The notes beneath the pieces are model-generated. The model made no database searches. It saw nothing but the letters and a program-made list of their open reading frames with translations, and was not told where the DNA came from. 64,000 nt of DNA from a virus. The position numbers and the translations under genes were made by a program. Shown here in pieces: positions 18,888 to 28,185 of this stretch (its first letter is position 1; each line of letters starts with the position of its first letter). The DNA is taken from positions 32,001 through 96,000 of IMG/VR virus record IMGVR_UViG_3300031469_000005; one strand, written 5' to 3'.

Positions 18888-20229
18888 CTTGCGGATCTAC
18901 ATCACATTCTTCCCGCCACCTTTTAAAAACGGGAAATCTTACTTTGAGATCGGGTGTCAAAAATTGACCCTTAATTTCCATGATCTTCCCATAATATGTC
19001 TCGGGGCCAACGAGCTGAAATTCAGCACGTTGAGCATCCTTCCAACCACCACCGCATCTCGTGGTCACACCGTCCTTCGAGAGGCCGATGAAGCCCCCGA
19101 ATTGACCTTCGCGCTTCGTGTTGGTATGTCCTTGGTACCAACCGACGACCACCAACTCGTGAGTGGTCACGGGCTTGAACTTTCGAATTGCCTTCGAACG
19201 TTCGAACACGTACGGAGAATAGAGATCCTTGAGCATGACACCCTCGAATCCCGCTTCGAGACTTTCGAAGAAGAACTCAAGCAGCTCGGGCTCGTTCGAG
19301 ATGATCTTACCTTCAACGGCCACGATGTTGGGGTGATTCAAGGCGGCGACGATTGTTTTCACGTTCGAGATGCGTTCACCGAACCACGTTCCACAGAGTT
19401 GACTCGACCATTCGGTGATCGTCATCGTGTCGAACACGTTGATCTTGATCTGGCTGTCATCCTTCAGATTCTTGCTCGAAAGCAGAACGCTTGCAGACAT
19501 CTCCCAGTTATCGCACATTGCTTCGCAATCGAGGACGAAGTTATCGAACTTCGACGCTTCAAGAACCTTCTTGATCGTGGGGAGGGTATCGAATTGCTTC
19601 CCGTTGCGGGAGAACATTTCAACGACACCATCTTTCTTGATGACGACGCACCGGAAGCCGTCGATCTTACGGTCAGCGTAGACGGGGTACGAGATTCGCT
19701 CGTTGATCTTCACATCGTAGCCGCGTGGGCTGTCGTGATTCTCCACGACCTTCGCCTCGAGAGGTTCCGCGAGAGATACCGCGAACTTCTTCACCAGACC
19801 CGGCCAGAACTTCTCGACAAGGTTGTCCGAAACGCCGCAGCGCATGTTCCTGAGCAGGATTCGGTGACACCATTTTTGTTCGAGTTCGAGCATTTCAGCG
19901 AAACTGTTCACGACTGCATCCTTCGCAGCATTCCCCGAAAGTTCTCGAACGTTGAGACGATCCAGCAAGTCAATGAACTTTGAAATTTCGCGATCCGATT
20001 CCTGCGAAAGATACGCATCGACATCATCAATACCGTCGCAGTAACGTGATGCAGAACCCGGAGCGGAGGGCATCTTGAACTTCACCACACCGAAGTTCGC
20101 AAACGGGTCGCCCACGATCTGGAAGATCCGCTTCAGAAGCTCGTTGTTCGCGTGTTGCTCGAGAATTGCTTCCTTCGCAAGACGCGAGTTGTCAGCTTCG
20201 AGGGCTTCGAGAATGTCTACTACGTTCAT
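18850..20229 (-). CDS. ATP-dependent DNA ligase (T4 gp30-like)
   Basis: N-terminal NSRL.KE.IL, motif I KIDGFR, SRNGK, EGVMLK, OB domain ...RFPVF. Confidence 0.92.
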   Translation of the reverse strand: MNVVDILEALEADNSRLAKEAILEQHANNELLKRIFQIVGDPFANFGVVKFKMPSAPGSASRYCDGIDDVDAYLSQESDREISKFIDLLDRLNVRELSGNAAKDAVVNSFAEMLELEQKWCHRILLRNMRCGVSDNLVEKFWPGLVKKFAVSLAEPLEAKVVENHDSPRGYDVKINERISYPVYADRKIDGFRCVVIKKDGVVEMFSRNGKQFDTLPTIKKVLEASKFDNFVLDCEAMCDNWEMSASVLLSSKNLKDDSQIKINVFDTMTITEWSSQLCGTWFGERISNVKTIVAALNHPNIVAVEGKIISNEPELLEFFFESLEAGFEGVMLKDLYSPYVFERSKAIRKFKPVTTHELVVVGWYQGHTNTKREGQFGGFIGLSKDGVTTRCGGGWKDAQRAEFQLVGPETYYGKIMEIKGQFLTPDLKVRFPVFKRWREECDVDPQVVRAYEAHVAKS

Positions 20230-20264
20230 GTGTTGATCCTATCATCTTTCGTTGAAGAGAACAC

Positions 20265-20562
20265 CTAAAATCTCAACGAGTTCGCACGTAATCGATCGCG
20301 TACCAGTCGATCGTCGATGATCGTGATCGCTGCGGGATTAAGAGTTTTAATGTGGTACATTGCGATCGGATTTTCTGAACCCCCACCCCAAAGAACGCAG
20401 ATCGTTTGACCGTCATTTGCAATGACGAGACCCGACACGACGTGTATGTTCTTCTTAGTTGGACCGTTGTAAGGTACAGATCGTGGACCGCGATTGTCGA
20501 ACAATAGCGAAGTTCCCCGGCAAAAGGTTCTTAGTGGTTAGTGGTTTGACGTTGTCAATCAT
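20265..20562 (-). pseudogene. Frameshifted PGD-family gene
   Basis: MIDNVKPLTTKNLLPGNF... stops at 20455; a second frame continues ...GLVIANDGQTICVLW. Confidence 0.5.
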
Positions 20563-20887
20563 CGTTCATTTTCGATTCTGAACATGCGATTTTAACGATC
20601 TGTTTTTCGTCAAGTTTCTTTTGGTTGATCACGAAGTCGCAATTGATGTGTCCGACGGCCATGAAAACGATGATCTCCCAATTCGCTGGAACCGTCTTAA
20701 CAACCCAAGATTCCAAAGCGAAATGAAAGGCACTTCTCGGGTGACCGATCGTTGACCAGGTCTTGCCTTTCTTTGACCACCTTGGTGAACCAATACCATC
20801 ATTCAGAAAAAGGCCCGTGGACCGATCTCGAACCTTGAACGAACACGCAAATTTAGGTGGTTGTTCTTGCCGTGACATTGAATTCAT
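20555..20887 (-). CDS. Phage hypothetical protein (FKVRD..TGLF...WSKKGKTW)
   Basis: ORF with a motif typical of small phage proteins. Confidence 0.6.
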   Translation of the reverse strand: MNSMSRQEQPPKFACSFKVRDRSTGLFLNDGIGSPRWSKKGKTWSTIGHPRSAFHFALESWVVKTVPANWEIIVFMAVGHINCDFVINQKKLDEKQIVKIACSESKMNDD

Positions 20888-21095
20888 TACGATTCTTGTA
20901 AATTTGTTTCTCGATGAGACCGTTCGAGATCGTGGTAGCGAGAACTGCTTGTCGATTGGCTGAACACCTGACGATGCTAATGATCATTCTAATCTTTGGA
21001 ACCACGGTATCATCACCGTAATTGACGGGTGCACGATAGACATGATCTACGATCATATCACCCGGTCGAAGCTCATGAAATGATATCAGATTCAT
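20853..21095 (-). CDS. Small PGD-family protein
   Basis: FHELRPGDMIV. Confidence 0.6.
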   Translation of the reverse strand: MNLISFHELRPGDMIVDHVYRAPVNYGDDTVVPKIRMIISIVRCSANRQAVLATTISNGLIEKQIYKNRNEFNVTARTTT

Positions 21096-21102
21096 ACATG
21101 AC

Positions 21103-21126
21103 TTCGGGGCGATTGCTCGCCCCGAA
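21103..21126 (-). terminator. 10-bp GC stem with GCAA tetraloop downstream of the AAA gene
   Basis: TTCGGGGCGA-GCAA-TCGCCCCGAA; no clear U-tract. Confidence 0.55.
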
Positions 21127-21160
21127 CCACCAACCTAAACGACTCTCAACAACTTATGAA

Positions 21161-22336
21161 CTAAGATTGGTTAGTAAAAATACTCGGGATGTTCGGTACA
21201 ACCCCGATCCCAGCCTCCCCGGCGGGGACGCCGAAGACATCCAGGACCAATTCTGCGCACCACTTGTGGACCGCAACCGAAAGGGAGAGGTTATCGATTC
21301 CCTTCGCGGTCATCTCGGTCCAGAACTTGATCCGAAGCTCATGAGGAAGATCCTTCATGAACGCCTGGATGTTCTTTCCCTGCTTCTCGGTGAGATCGGT
21401 CATTCCCGTGGTGTTGCTGTGGGCAACAACCTTGTCGATGAGCTCGTTCCAGAGATCCTGGGTGGTACCGTTTCCCGTGTTGTTCAACTTCTTCTGAACC
21501 TTCTTCAAGGTATAGGAATTCAACACATCCTCGGCCGAGATCTGGCGGTCGATCGTCTTGACGTAGCTGCGGAACTTCAGCGCGGCCTCCATGCCGAGGT
21601 AACCGATGCAGGTGTTCAGGAATCTGCTATCATCGGGATCCTCGATCAGGCCGTTCTTCTTGAAGGCCAGGTCGACGAACTCCCAGGATCGACGTGAGGG
21701 TGCGACATCCGAGGGATTTGCCTTGTCCTTGGGGGTGTCGAGCCACACCTCATTCGTGCGGATGAAGTCCACGATGTTGGCGTGGATTCGTTGCTTCCCC
21801 GTCTTCTCGTCCGTTGCCTGTGCCCAATCCATCCAGTCGGAAACGGAGGGGGTCAGATCGACCACGAAGAAGCGATCCAGAAGGGCGGGATCCATTTCGT
21901 TCACCGTGTACTGCGCCGAGGTGTTCACCGCCGCGACCACCATCGTCTCGGGGTGCAACTTTCGACCGGCAAGTTCTCGATCCAGAACGATCTGGAAAGC
22001 AGCCTGCATGATCTCGGTGTTCGCCCGGTTCATCTCGTCGAGGAACAACAGGCAAGGGGATTCGCATGCCTTGTTGAACCATTCCATGGGATTCCACCGG
22101 GTGACGTTTCCGTCCGTCGAGGGAAGACCCAGCATGTCACCGTCGGTCATCTGCGATAGACGTTGATCGATTACTTCACGTTCGATACCATCGATCTTCT
22201 GACGAAGCTTTGCAAGCAATCGTACGACCTGGCTCTTTCCCATACCGTGGTCCGCCCGAAGCAACAGGCTGGTCTCCACTGGCAGCGAGGTCGCAACCTC
22301 GAGAAACGACTTGATGTTCATTGCTGCGTTAGACAT
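21161..22336 (-). CDS. MoxR/AAA_5-type AAA+ ATPase
   Basis: ADHGMGKS Walker A, LFLDEMNRA Walker B, MDPALLDRF, PSRRSW. Confidence 0.9.
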   Translation of the reverse strand: MSNAAMNIKSFLEVATSLPVETSLLLRADHGMGKSQVVRLLAKLRQKIDGIEREVIDQRLSQMTDGDMLGLPSTDGNVTRWNPMEWFNKACESPCLLFLDEMNRANTEIMQAAFQIVLDRELAGRKLHPETMVVAAVNTSAQYTVNEMDPALLDRFFVVDLTPSVSDWMDWAQATDEKTGKQRIHANIVDFIRTNEVWLDTPKDKANPSDVAPSRRSWEFVDLAFKKNGLIEDPDDSRFLNTCIGYLGMEAALKFRSYVKTIDRQISAEDVLNSYTLKKVQKKLNNTGNGTTQDLWNELIDKVVAHSNTTGMTDLTEKQGKNIQAFMKDLPHELRIKFWTEMTAKGIDNLSLSVAVHKWCAELVLDVFGVPAGEAGIGVVPNIPSIFTNQS

Positions 22337-22417
22337 TTACGATATTTTTCCTTTGTGAGAGTTGCAGATTTCTGCGGGTTGGTTTGTTAAGTTTATCATG
22401 TTCCTCGAAAAGGAACA

Positions 22418-22750
22418 CTAGATTTTTGGAGTTGGATCACCAAACGCTTCGAGAACGAATGGTGCAAGTGCGTCATGGATTCGTTTGATTCTTGTGAAGT
22501 CTGAACAATCACGAGTCACGAACGTCCAAACATCAAGTCGATCATCGTAGTTCAATGACGCAAATTTTTTGCGAATATTACTAAGATCCTCCGTCGAAAG
22601 TTCTTCGTTCAAAGCGCAATGAAAGAACTGAAACGTTTCATTGTTCGCGTATTTCGCAATATGTTCATCGTTCGTGAGCATGTTGTCATTGTGCTCACGA
22701 GTGAGCTTACAGTCAAGAGTCCCGCATGAATGAGCCATTTGTTTTATCAT
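22418..22750 (-). CDS. Hypothetical protein
   Basis: Class A promoter upstream. Confidence 0.6.
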   Translation of the reverse strand: MIKQMAHSCGTLDCKLTREHNDNMLTNDEHIAKYANNETFQFFHCALNEELSTEDLSNIRKKFASLNYDDRLDVWTFVTRDCSDFTRIKRIHDALAPFVLEAFGDPTPKI

Positions 22751-22791
22751 TTGTTTGATCCTATCATTTCATTGAAGAAAGAACACGATTG

Positions 22792-23247
22792 TTATCCACA
22801 ACAATCTTCGCAACGATATTCTTGCAATTTTGTTTTGCGTGTAACCGTACAATTGTTGTCATTATATTTGCAACCATGAGTTACACAACAATGTCGAGTG
22901 TGAACATCGCTTTTCAATTCAGAAAGAACTTCGATTTCATCATCATGGTGAACCATTTTACGTGCATTTTCATCACGCTCAGCGTAATTCTCGAAACGCC
23001 AATTCGTCATTCCGTCCTCGGATTCAAGTTCTGGACCGTTAACACAAATTGCCTTGATCTCGCCGAAATCAGCGAGATGGGATTCATCGAGCAACACAAT
23101 GTAACCGAACACGACGTGCACAAACGAAACACCGACGACGGTTCCGTAATGTCGTTTTCCGAGGTACGAGTCTGGAATCTTCACGCGAGTGTTCATTGGA
23201 ACAGGCTTGTGCATTGTGGGCGTGGGAGTTTTGTACGTAGTTGTCAT
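22792..23247 (-). CDS. Hypothetical protein with C-terminal HCC..HGCKY Cys/His domain
   Basis: Class A promoter upstream; metal-binding motif. Confidence 0.6.
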   Translation of the reverse strand: MTTTYKTPTPTMHKPVPMNTRVKIPDSYLGKRHYGTVVGVSFVHVVFGYIVLLDESHLADFGEIKAICVNGPELESEDGMTNWRFENYAERDENARKMVHHDDEIEVLSELKSDVHTRHCCVTHGCKYNDNNCTVTRKTKLQEYRCEDCCG

Positions 23248-23263
23248 GATTTGTTTTATTCTA

Positions 23264-23567
23264 TCACTTCAAAGAAGAAAGAACACGAAAATGTTCATCG
23301 GCTCGACTGATACCCATTCTGTACAATTTCATGTCGCTTAAAATGACTAGTTCGTAGTAAAAATTCAAACGAAAATCAGAATCCAGCGTCTTGCTTGAAA
23401 GCACAATGAAAGATTGAATTCTTCTTGAAGAACGTATCATCGCTACCCAAACGGCCAGGCCGTTTGTGATCTTTGTACTTTTGTCCCCAGTGGCCCATAC
23501 CGCCCACCAACACGATATCACCTATCGTGGGAAAACGAGGGCCATTCTCAGACGGTACGAGTTCCAT
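23264..23567 (-). pseudogene. Frameshifted PGD-family-like gene
   Basis: PTIGDIVLV in ORF 23376-23567; hydrophobic strand-rich continuation in ORF 23264-23521. Confidence 0.45.
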
Positions 23568-23576
23568 CTTCGAATC

Positions 23577-24353
23577 TTATACGAATTGACCCTTTTTGAA
23601 GAGACCGGTTTCCTCGAGACCGAGGACGAACGTCTTACCGCTGCACCCGAACCGATTCTTCCTGTTCGAGAAGATCCTCTCACCCCAGGTCTCGGAACGC
23701 TTGTCGAGATCGATGTAGAGGTGAAGGTGCATGTCAAGCATGTGCTTCACAGAATTCTTCCCCGCGAACTCCCCGCCCTTAGTAACCTGACCGACGAACA
23801 AGGCAATGACGTTCGTACGTTGCTTCACGAACTCGGTGATCTGCTTCGCAACCCTGACGTGGGTGTTCCCATTCATTCCACCGTCAGCGTACTTCCCATC
23901 GTTCATGCATTGCAAGGAATCGATGAGCATGAACACCTTCTTGTTCGGATTCTTATCCGAAAGTGCCGCAGTGTACTCGATGAGCTTGGGTGTCAAGGGT
24001 TCCTGTCCCACCATGAAACCGCTCTTCAACTTGAGGCGTTCACGAGTTAAACCGACCTGGTACAGCGATTCCTCAACCGTGTTGAAGAGGGCAATGTGAC
24101 CCGTGCTAGTGATTGAATCAGCCAGTTGCAACATGAAGGTGGTTTTACCACCGCCCGGAGAACCCGTGATCATCCCGCAGGTGGTCGGAGTGAAACCAAA
24201 TCCGCCGACGCATTCATCGACCCACGGGATTCCGCACGACACCTTTTCCTTGATATGCGTAGGAACGTTGATGTCGAGAACGTTGGAACCTAGCTCGAAC
24301 TCCTGAATCGGCTCAAAATCGACGAAATTATCATTCTTGGATGACCTTGCCAT
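23577..24353 (-). CDS. RadA/Sms-like RecA-fold ATPase (no Zn finger or Lon domain)
   Basis: GSPGGGKTT, EES..QV, IDSLQ, GQVTKGGEFAG...KHMLD, KNRFG. Confidence 0.88.
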   Translation of the reverse strand: MARSSKNDNFVDFEPIQEFELGSNVLDINVPTHIKEKVSCGIPWVDECVGGFGFTPTTCGMITGSPGGGKTTFMLQLADSITSTGHIALFNTVEESLYQVGLTRERLKLKSGFMVGQEPLTPKLIEYTAALSDKNPNKKVFMLIDSLQCMNDGKYADGGMNGNTHVRVAKQITEFVKQRTNVIALFVGQVTKGGEFAGKNSVKHMLDMHLHLYIDLDKRSETWGERIFSNRKNRFGCSGKTFVLGLEETGLFKKGQFV

Positions 24354-24385
24354 TGAATTCCTCGGGTGAAAGAGAATCTTATCAC

Positions 24386-24482
24386 AGTTTCCCAGAATGA
24401 ACAACAAAAAGGAAAATAGCAAAGGATTTCGTGGATGATGGTGTTTTGTTGTTCATTTGTGTTTCGTATGATATGATTGATC
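24386..24482. promoter_or_regulatory. Back-to-back class A promoters at the strand-switch point
   Basis: Minus strand TTGTT...TGATAAGAT and plus strand TTGTT...TGATATGAT; gene orientation flips here. Confidence 0.65.
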
Positions 24483-24728
24483 ATGAATGACAAAACGTTG
24501 GTTGCAGCGCAAGAAATTGTGAACGTTCTGTACAGCGATTCCCGCATTATTCTCGACGTGAACGAGGTCGCTGAGATACTTCAGGGTGACGTCAACATTA
24601 ACGAGGTTGAACTCCCGACGAGCGATGAGATCAGCATATTGGTGTGCGGTGACGAAGATGGTGTCATTTCAGATGATCTGAAGATGCGGTACCCCGACAC
24701 CTACAATTTTCTTGCAGAACAATTTTGA
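24483..24728 (+). CDS. Acidic hypothetical protein
   Basis: Start after class A promoter. Confidence 0.6.
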   Translation: MNDKTLVAAQEIVNVLYSDSRIILDVNEVAEILQGDVNINEVELPTSDEISILVCGDEDGVISDDLKMRYPDTYNFLAEQF

Positions 24729-24804
24729 TTGTTTTCTGTTCGCTGTTTGTGATACGATGAATTCTCACTCAGCAATGCGATCACCGCATTGTGTTAGGAC
24801 GTAA

Positions 24805-26127
24805 ATGTTCACCTCAGTTCAATCGACATACAACATCCAAAAGCACACGATTCATCTCATGAGCGATGTTCCGTTCTATGCGGAAATCTCGAGGCACGTT
24901 GCAAAGATGCCGACCGATCAGATTCCGACGATGGCTGTCGCCTACGATCCTCGAACTGAGGATCTTTGCATGGGTTACAATCCCAAATTCTGTGAAAAGT
25001 TGACCGACTGGCAAGTGAGGAACGTGCTCATCCATGAGTTCCTCCATCTTATCTTCGGACATCTCTCCGCTCGTCGTAAGACTCCACCGAAGTTGTGGAA
25101 CGTTGCAACCGATTGCGCAATCAACTCGCTGATCATTGATGATGCTCAAAAGTTCAAGAGCGGTTACGCAAACGTTGATCGCAATCGCCCGCTTCCTCCG
25201 GGTTGTTTGATTCCCGGTGAGTGGCCCACGATGCCCGATGGTCGTGAATTGAACGAGGAAGAAAAGAAGGGTGCAACCCTGGGTCACATCCTTTCGAAGC
25301 TGCCTCCGATGAAATCGTCCGAGTTCTACTACTTCAAGATCCTCGAAGAGGCCGAGAAGATGGGCAAGGGGGCCGAGACGGGCGAGGGTGGTGAGGGATT
25401 CGACTTTGATTCCTTCGATGATCACGGTTTCTGGGATTCGGTACCCGATGACAAGAAAGATCTCGTTGAATCGAAGATCAAGGACATGCTGGGAAAGGCG
25501 GTCAAGAACGCCGATACTTCCGACGGTTGGGGAAACATCTCGGCCGAGCTTCGGGACGACATTCGTCGATCGGTCACCAGGATCGTTGACTGGAAAGCGG
25601 TCCTTCGGCAATTCACGGGTTCCTTGATTCGAGGCAAGAAGCGAACCTCCATCAAGAGGATCAACCGAAGGTTCCCGTACATTCATGCGGGTCAAACGAA
25701 GGGTTACACCGCACGGTTGTTGGTTTGCATTGATCAATCGGGATCGGTTGATGATGGGATGCTTCAGATGTTCTTCTCCGAACTGAGAAGCCTCAACAAG
25801 AATGTCGAGATCGATTACCTTCCCTTCGATTGCGAGGCTTACGACAAGGACATCGTCACCTGGAATCGAGGTCGGTGTCCCGATGCGAAAAGGACTCGGG
25901 CCGGTGGTACAGACTTTTCGGCTCCTACCAGAGTAGCAAATGATCCGAAGAATCGTGGACGTTGGGATGGGGTTCTGATCTTTACTGATGGTGAATGTTC
26001 GCAACCGATTCCAAGCCGACTGAAACGGGGATGGATTATTGGGCAGGGGCAAAAGTTGCTCTTCAACACAACGGAAACTGTAATCTCTCTCAACGATGGA
26101 AAAATCAATACCGGAGCTTGGCGCTGA
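24805..26127 (+). CDS. Metallopeptidase-vWA protein (DUF2201-type MoxR partner)
   Basis: HEFLH...WNVATDCAIN; DDH..W; MIDAS DQSGS, GGTDF, IFTDG. Confidence 0.88.
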   Translation: MFTSVQSTYNIQKHTIHLMSDVPFYAEISRHVAKMPTDQIPTMAVAYDPRTEDLCMGYNPKFCEKLTDWQVRNVLIHEFLHLIFGHLSARRKTPPKLWNVATDCAINSLIIDDAQKFKSGYANVDRNRPLPPGCLIPGEWPTMPDGRELNEEEKKGATLGHILSKLPPMKSSEFYYFKILEEAEKMGKGAETGEGGEGFDFDSFDDHGFWDSVPDDKKDLVESKIKDMLGKAVKNADTSDGWGNISAELRDDIRRSVTRIVDWKAVLRQFTGSLIRGKKRTSIKRINRRFPYIHAGQTKGYTARLLVCIDQSGSVDDGMLQMFFSELRSLNKNVEIDYLPFDCEAYDKDIVTWNRGRCPDAKRTRAGGTDFSAPTRVANDPKNRGRWDGVLIFTDGECSQPIPSRLKRGWIIGQGQKLLFNTTETVISLNDGKINTGAWR

Positions 26128-26194
26128 AGATTGCCTTCTAGGGGGAAATGCTAACTTATTGATCATTCGTGACGGCAAACAAATTTATCCCTAA
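26122..26194 (+). pseudogene. Orphan 3' fragment of a PGD-family gene (...LLIIRDGKQIYP*)
   Basis: Matches the family C-terminal IxRNGK motif; no start codon. Confidence 0.45.
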
Positions 26195-26231
26195 CGAGTG
26201 TTTCTTTTCTGAATTGGTGATATGATCAATC

Positions 26232-26528
26232 ATGCACAAGATTCACATGTTCCTGCAATACGTCTCGGCAACAACCGGTTACGCGGGAATCATCAAGTTC
26301 ATCTACCCGGGCAACGTCCGCGTCTGTGCAACGCTTTCTGCGAACATCAACGAATGCTTGATCGCAATTCCTCGTGATAACGGTCTCAACATGGTGGGGG
26401 ACAGCGTCATCGATCATCTCGATTCGCTCGATCGGGAAACGACGTTCAGCCTACCAGCGAGCATCATGAACGAAGCAAAGGTACGAGCATGTGTCTCGAT
26501 GAAATACCGTTGCGTCAACGTGGGATAA
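26232..26528 (+). CDS. Hypothetical protein
   Basis: Class A promoter at 26198-26231. Confidence 0.6.
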   Translation: MHKIHMFLQYVSATTGYAGIIKFIYPGNVRVCATLSANINECLIAIPRDNGLNMVGDSVIDHLDSLDRETTFSLPASIMNEAKVRACVSMKYRCVNVG

Positions 26529-26791
26529 TGACCAAGATCTTGGGAGAAGTTCCTCGGAAGAGTCTTGCTGGCTCAACGAGGTTCATTGAGAACTTCCAAC
26601 CGGGATTTCTTATTTCCGATAGAATGGACAAGAAGGTTCTGTTGGTCATCGCGGTCGATAACATGTGCAAGAAAACCTTTCACGTTGATGGGTACAGCAC
26701 GACGTTAACATTTCACGATTTGACTCAACTGGATTTTGCGAATGGTACGAGTGAATTTCACGCACAATTGTACGTTGTTGGCATCTTGTGA
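26528..26791 (+). CDS. Small PGD-family-like protein
   Basis: IENFQPGFLI...LLVIAV. Confidence 0.5.
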   Translation: MTKILGEVPRKSLAGSTRFIENFQPGFLISDRMDKKVLLVIAVDNMCKKTFHVDGYSTTLTFHDLTQLDFANGTSEFHAQLYVVGIL

Positions 26792-26825
26792 GTGTTCGTT
26801 AATGTTCAACGTGTTAGGATAGATC

Positions 26826-27041
26826 ATGACTGATTCTCACGCTTCGATGGCTCAGGCCTGGCTCGATATTGAAGAAGAGGTTCTTCAAGGCGGGGTTCCC
26901 GAGCTCGAGAACGAGTACTTTCGAATGGTTCGTAACCAGCGTCTCATCAACAGCCAACAGGAACTTGACGAGATCAACGAGGACCCCGAAATCAACGCTC
27001 TTTACGAGCTCGATGCACTCGAGAGGAGCTCGTTTCGATGA
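26826..27041 (+). CDS. Acidic hypothetical protein
   Basis: Class A promoter at 26792-26825. Confidence 0.6.
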   Translation: MTDSHASMAQAWLDIEEEVLQGGVPELENEYFRMVRNQRLINSQQELDEINEDPEINALYELDALERSSFR

Positions 27042-27214
27042 CAATCTTCGCTTACTTCGCTGCTCTCGCAATCATCATCTTCATTGATGATTCGTACCAC
27101 AACTGGGAAGCGAATCAATAAATCAACGACGCAAGATAGATCCGCGAACTGGCACCTCAGCAGGCGTTCTGGGGTTTCGTTGTATCAACCGCTATTAACA
27201 TTCATTAACACATC

Positions 27215-27649
27215 ATGCCAGGGAAGATAATTTTTGGGACGTACTTTACGAAGGACATGATCGAATCGTCGGTCAACATCAGCCACATGCTTGGAAAGTA
27301 CCGTGCGTGGTTGTTCACCGAATTGATGTTCGTGAAATGTCCTTACTTGGATCTTGCCTACGTGGGTAAATGCGTGTGCAACATCGAAAGCGTTGACGAC
27401 ATCAGCAGCGCGTACTCTCAGGATCGATTATCGTTGGATGATCGCTTGAATTCGTTAGTGATGGTCAAGCGAATTCCCTGTGAGTTGCGAGAAGTCCTGC
27501 CACTTGCTGATCTCTACGTCGTCGGGTGTTCGCTGGTGTCGGATCGTCCTCGACCGAAGAATCTCGTTGAAAATGCGAATTATCGCAAAATTGGTTATTT
27601 ACACGACTCTGATGTCGTAGATGTGTACACAGACACATTAAAGTTGTAG
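27215..27649 (+). CDS. Hypothetical protein
   Basis: ORF. Confidence 0.5.
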   Translation: MPGKIIFGTYFTKDMIESSVNISHMLGKYRAWLFTELMFVKCPYLDLAYVGKCVCNIESVDDISSAYSQDRLSLDDRLNSLVMVKRIPCELREVLPLADLYVVGCSLVSDRPRPKNLVENANYRKIGYLHDSDVVDVYTDTLKL

Positions 27650-27661
27650 GATCAAGTTCAC

Positions 27662-27997
27662 ATGGCATGGAATGTCGTGATCACGCAAGTTGATCCAAAT
27701 GGTGACGGTCACGGATTCGTTGCAACTGATTCAGCCTCTGGCGAGGTGATTCGCGGAACGGTCGGGAGGTATCCGCCTCACTTGAGGGTGATGCCGAAAG
27801 CATTCTTCAATGCTATCGCGATCGCTGTTTCAAACGTCAAACGTGATGAATCGTTCGACGATCAGACACAACCGATCGAGCCTTCTAGAATGATCGAAAT
27901 TGTTCAAGAATCTTCTCATCGTGCTGAAACGGTGATAAACGCCCCCTTAGCAAAATGGAACGGATGGAAAACCTTCCAGAAACCACGATACAAGTAA
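27662..27997 (+). CDS. Hypothetical protein
   Basis: ORF with promoter-like upstream sequence. Confidence 0.55.
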   Translation: MAWNVVITQVDPNGDGHGFVATDSASGEVIRGTVGRYPPHLRVMPKAFFNAIAIAVSNVKRDESFDDQTQPIEPSRMIEIVQESSHRAETVINAPLAKWNGWKTFQKPRYK

Positions 27998-28185
27998 TGT
28001 TTAAACGAATCAAGAATGGAATTGAAAAGGTTACGAACGTTGTCGATGCACGAGCAATCGTGAAATCAATGTCGTCGCCTAAGGTCGTCGCTGTTGCAAA
28101 GGTGTTCATCGCCACCGTCGCGCTTTTTCAGGCGCTGGACGCTTTGACTGATTCTAGCAGGAAGATTGGATTCAAGACGAAATGA
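27997..28185 (+). CDS. Small hypothetical protein (...RKIGFK)
   Basis: TAATG and ATGA overlaps. Confidence 0.55.
   Translation: MFKRIKNGIEKVTNVVDARAIVKSMSSPKVVAVAKVFIATVALFQALDALTDSSRKIGFKTK

Noticed and set aside
18841-19983. 380-aa plus-strand ORF
   Set aside because: Antisense shadow of the DNA ligase; no motifs of its own
21029-22390. Several long plus-strand ORFs
   Set aside because: Antisense to the GC-rich AAA ATPase gene, where stops are scarce
24814-26178. 454-aa minus-strand ORF
   Set aside because: Antisense shadow of the vWA-peptidase gene
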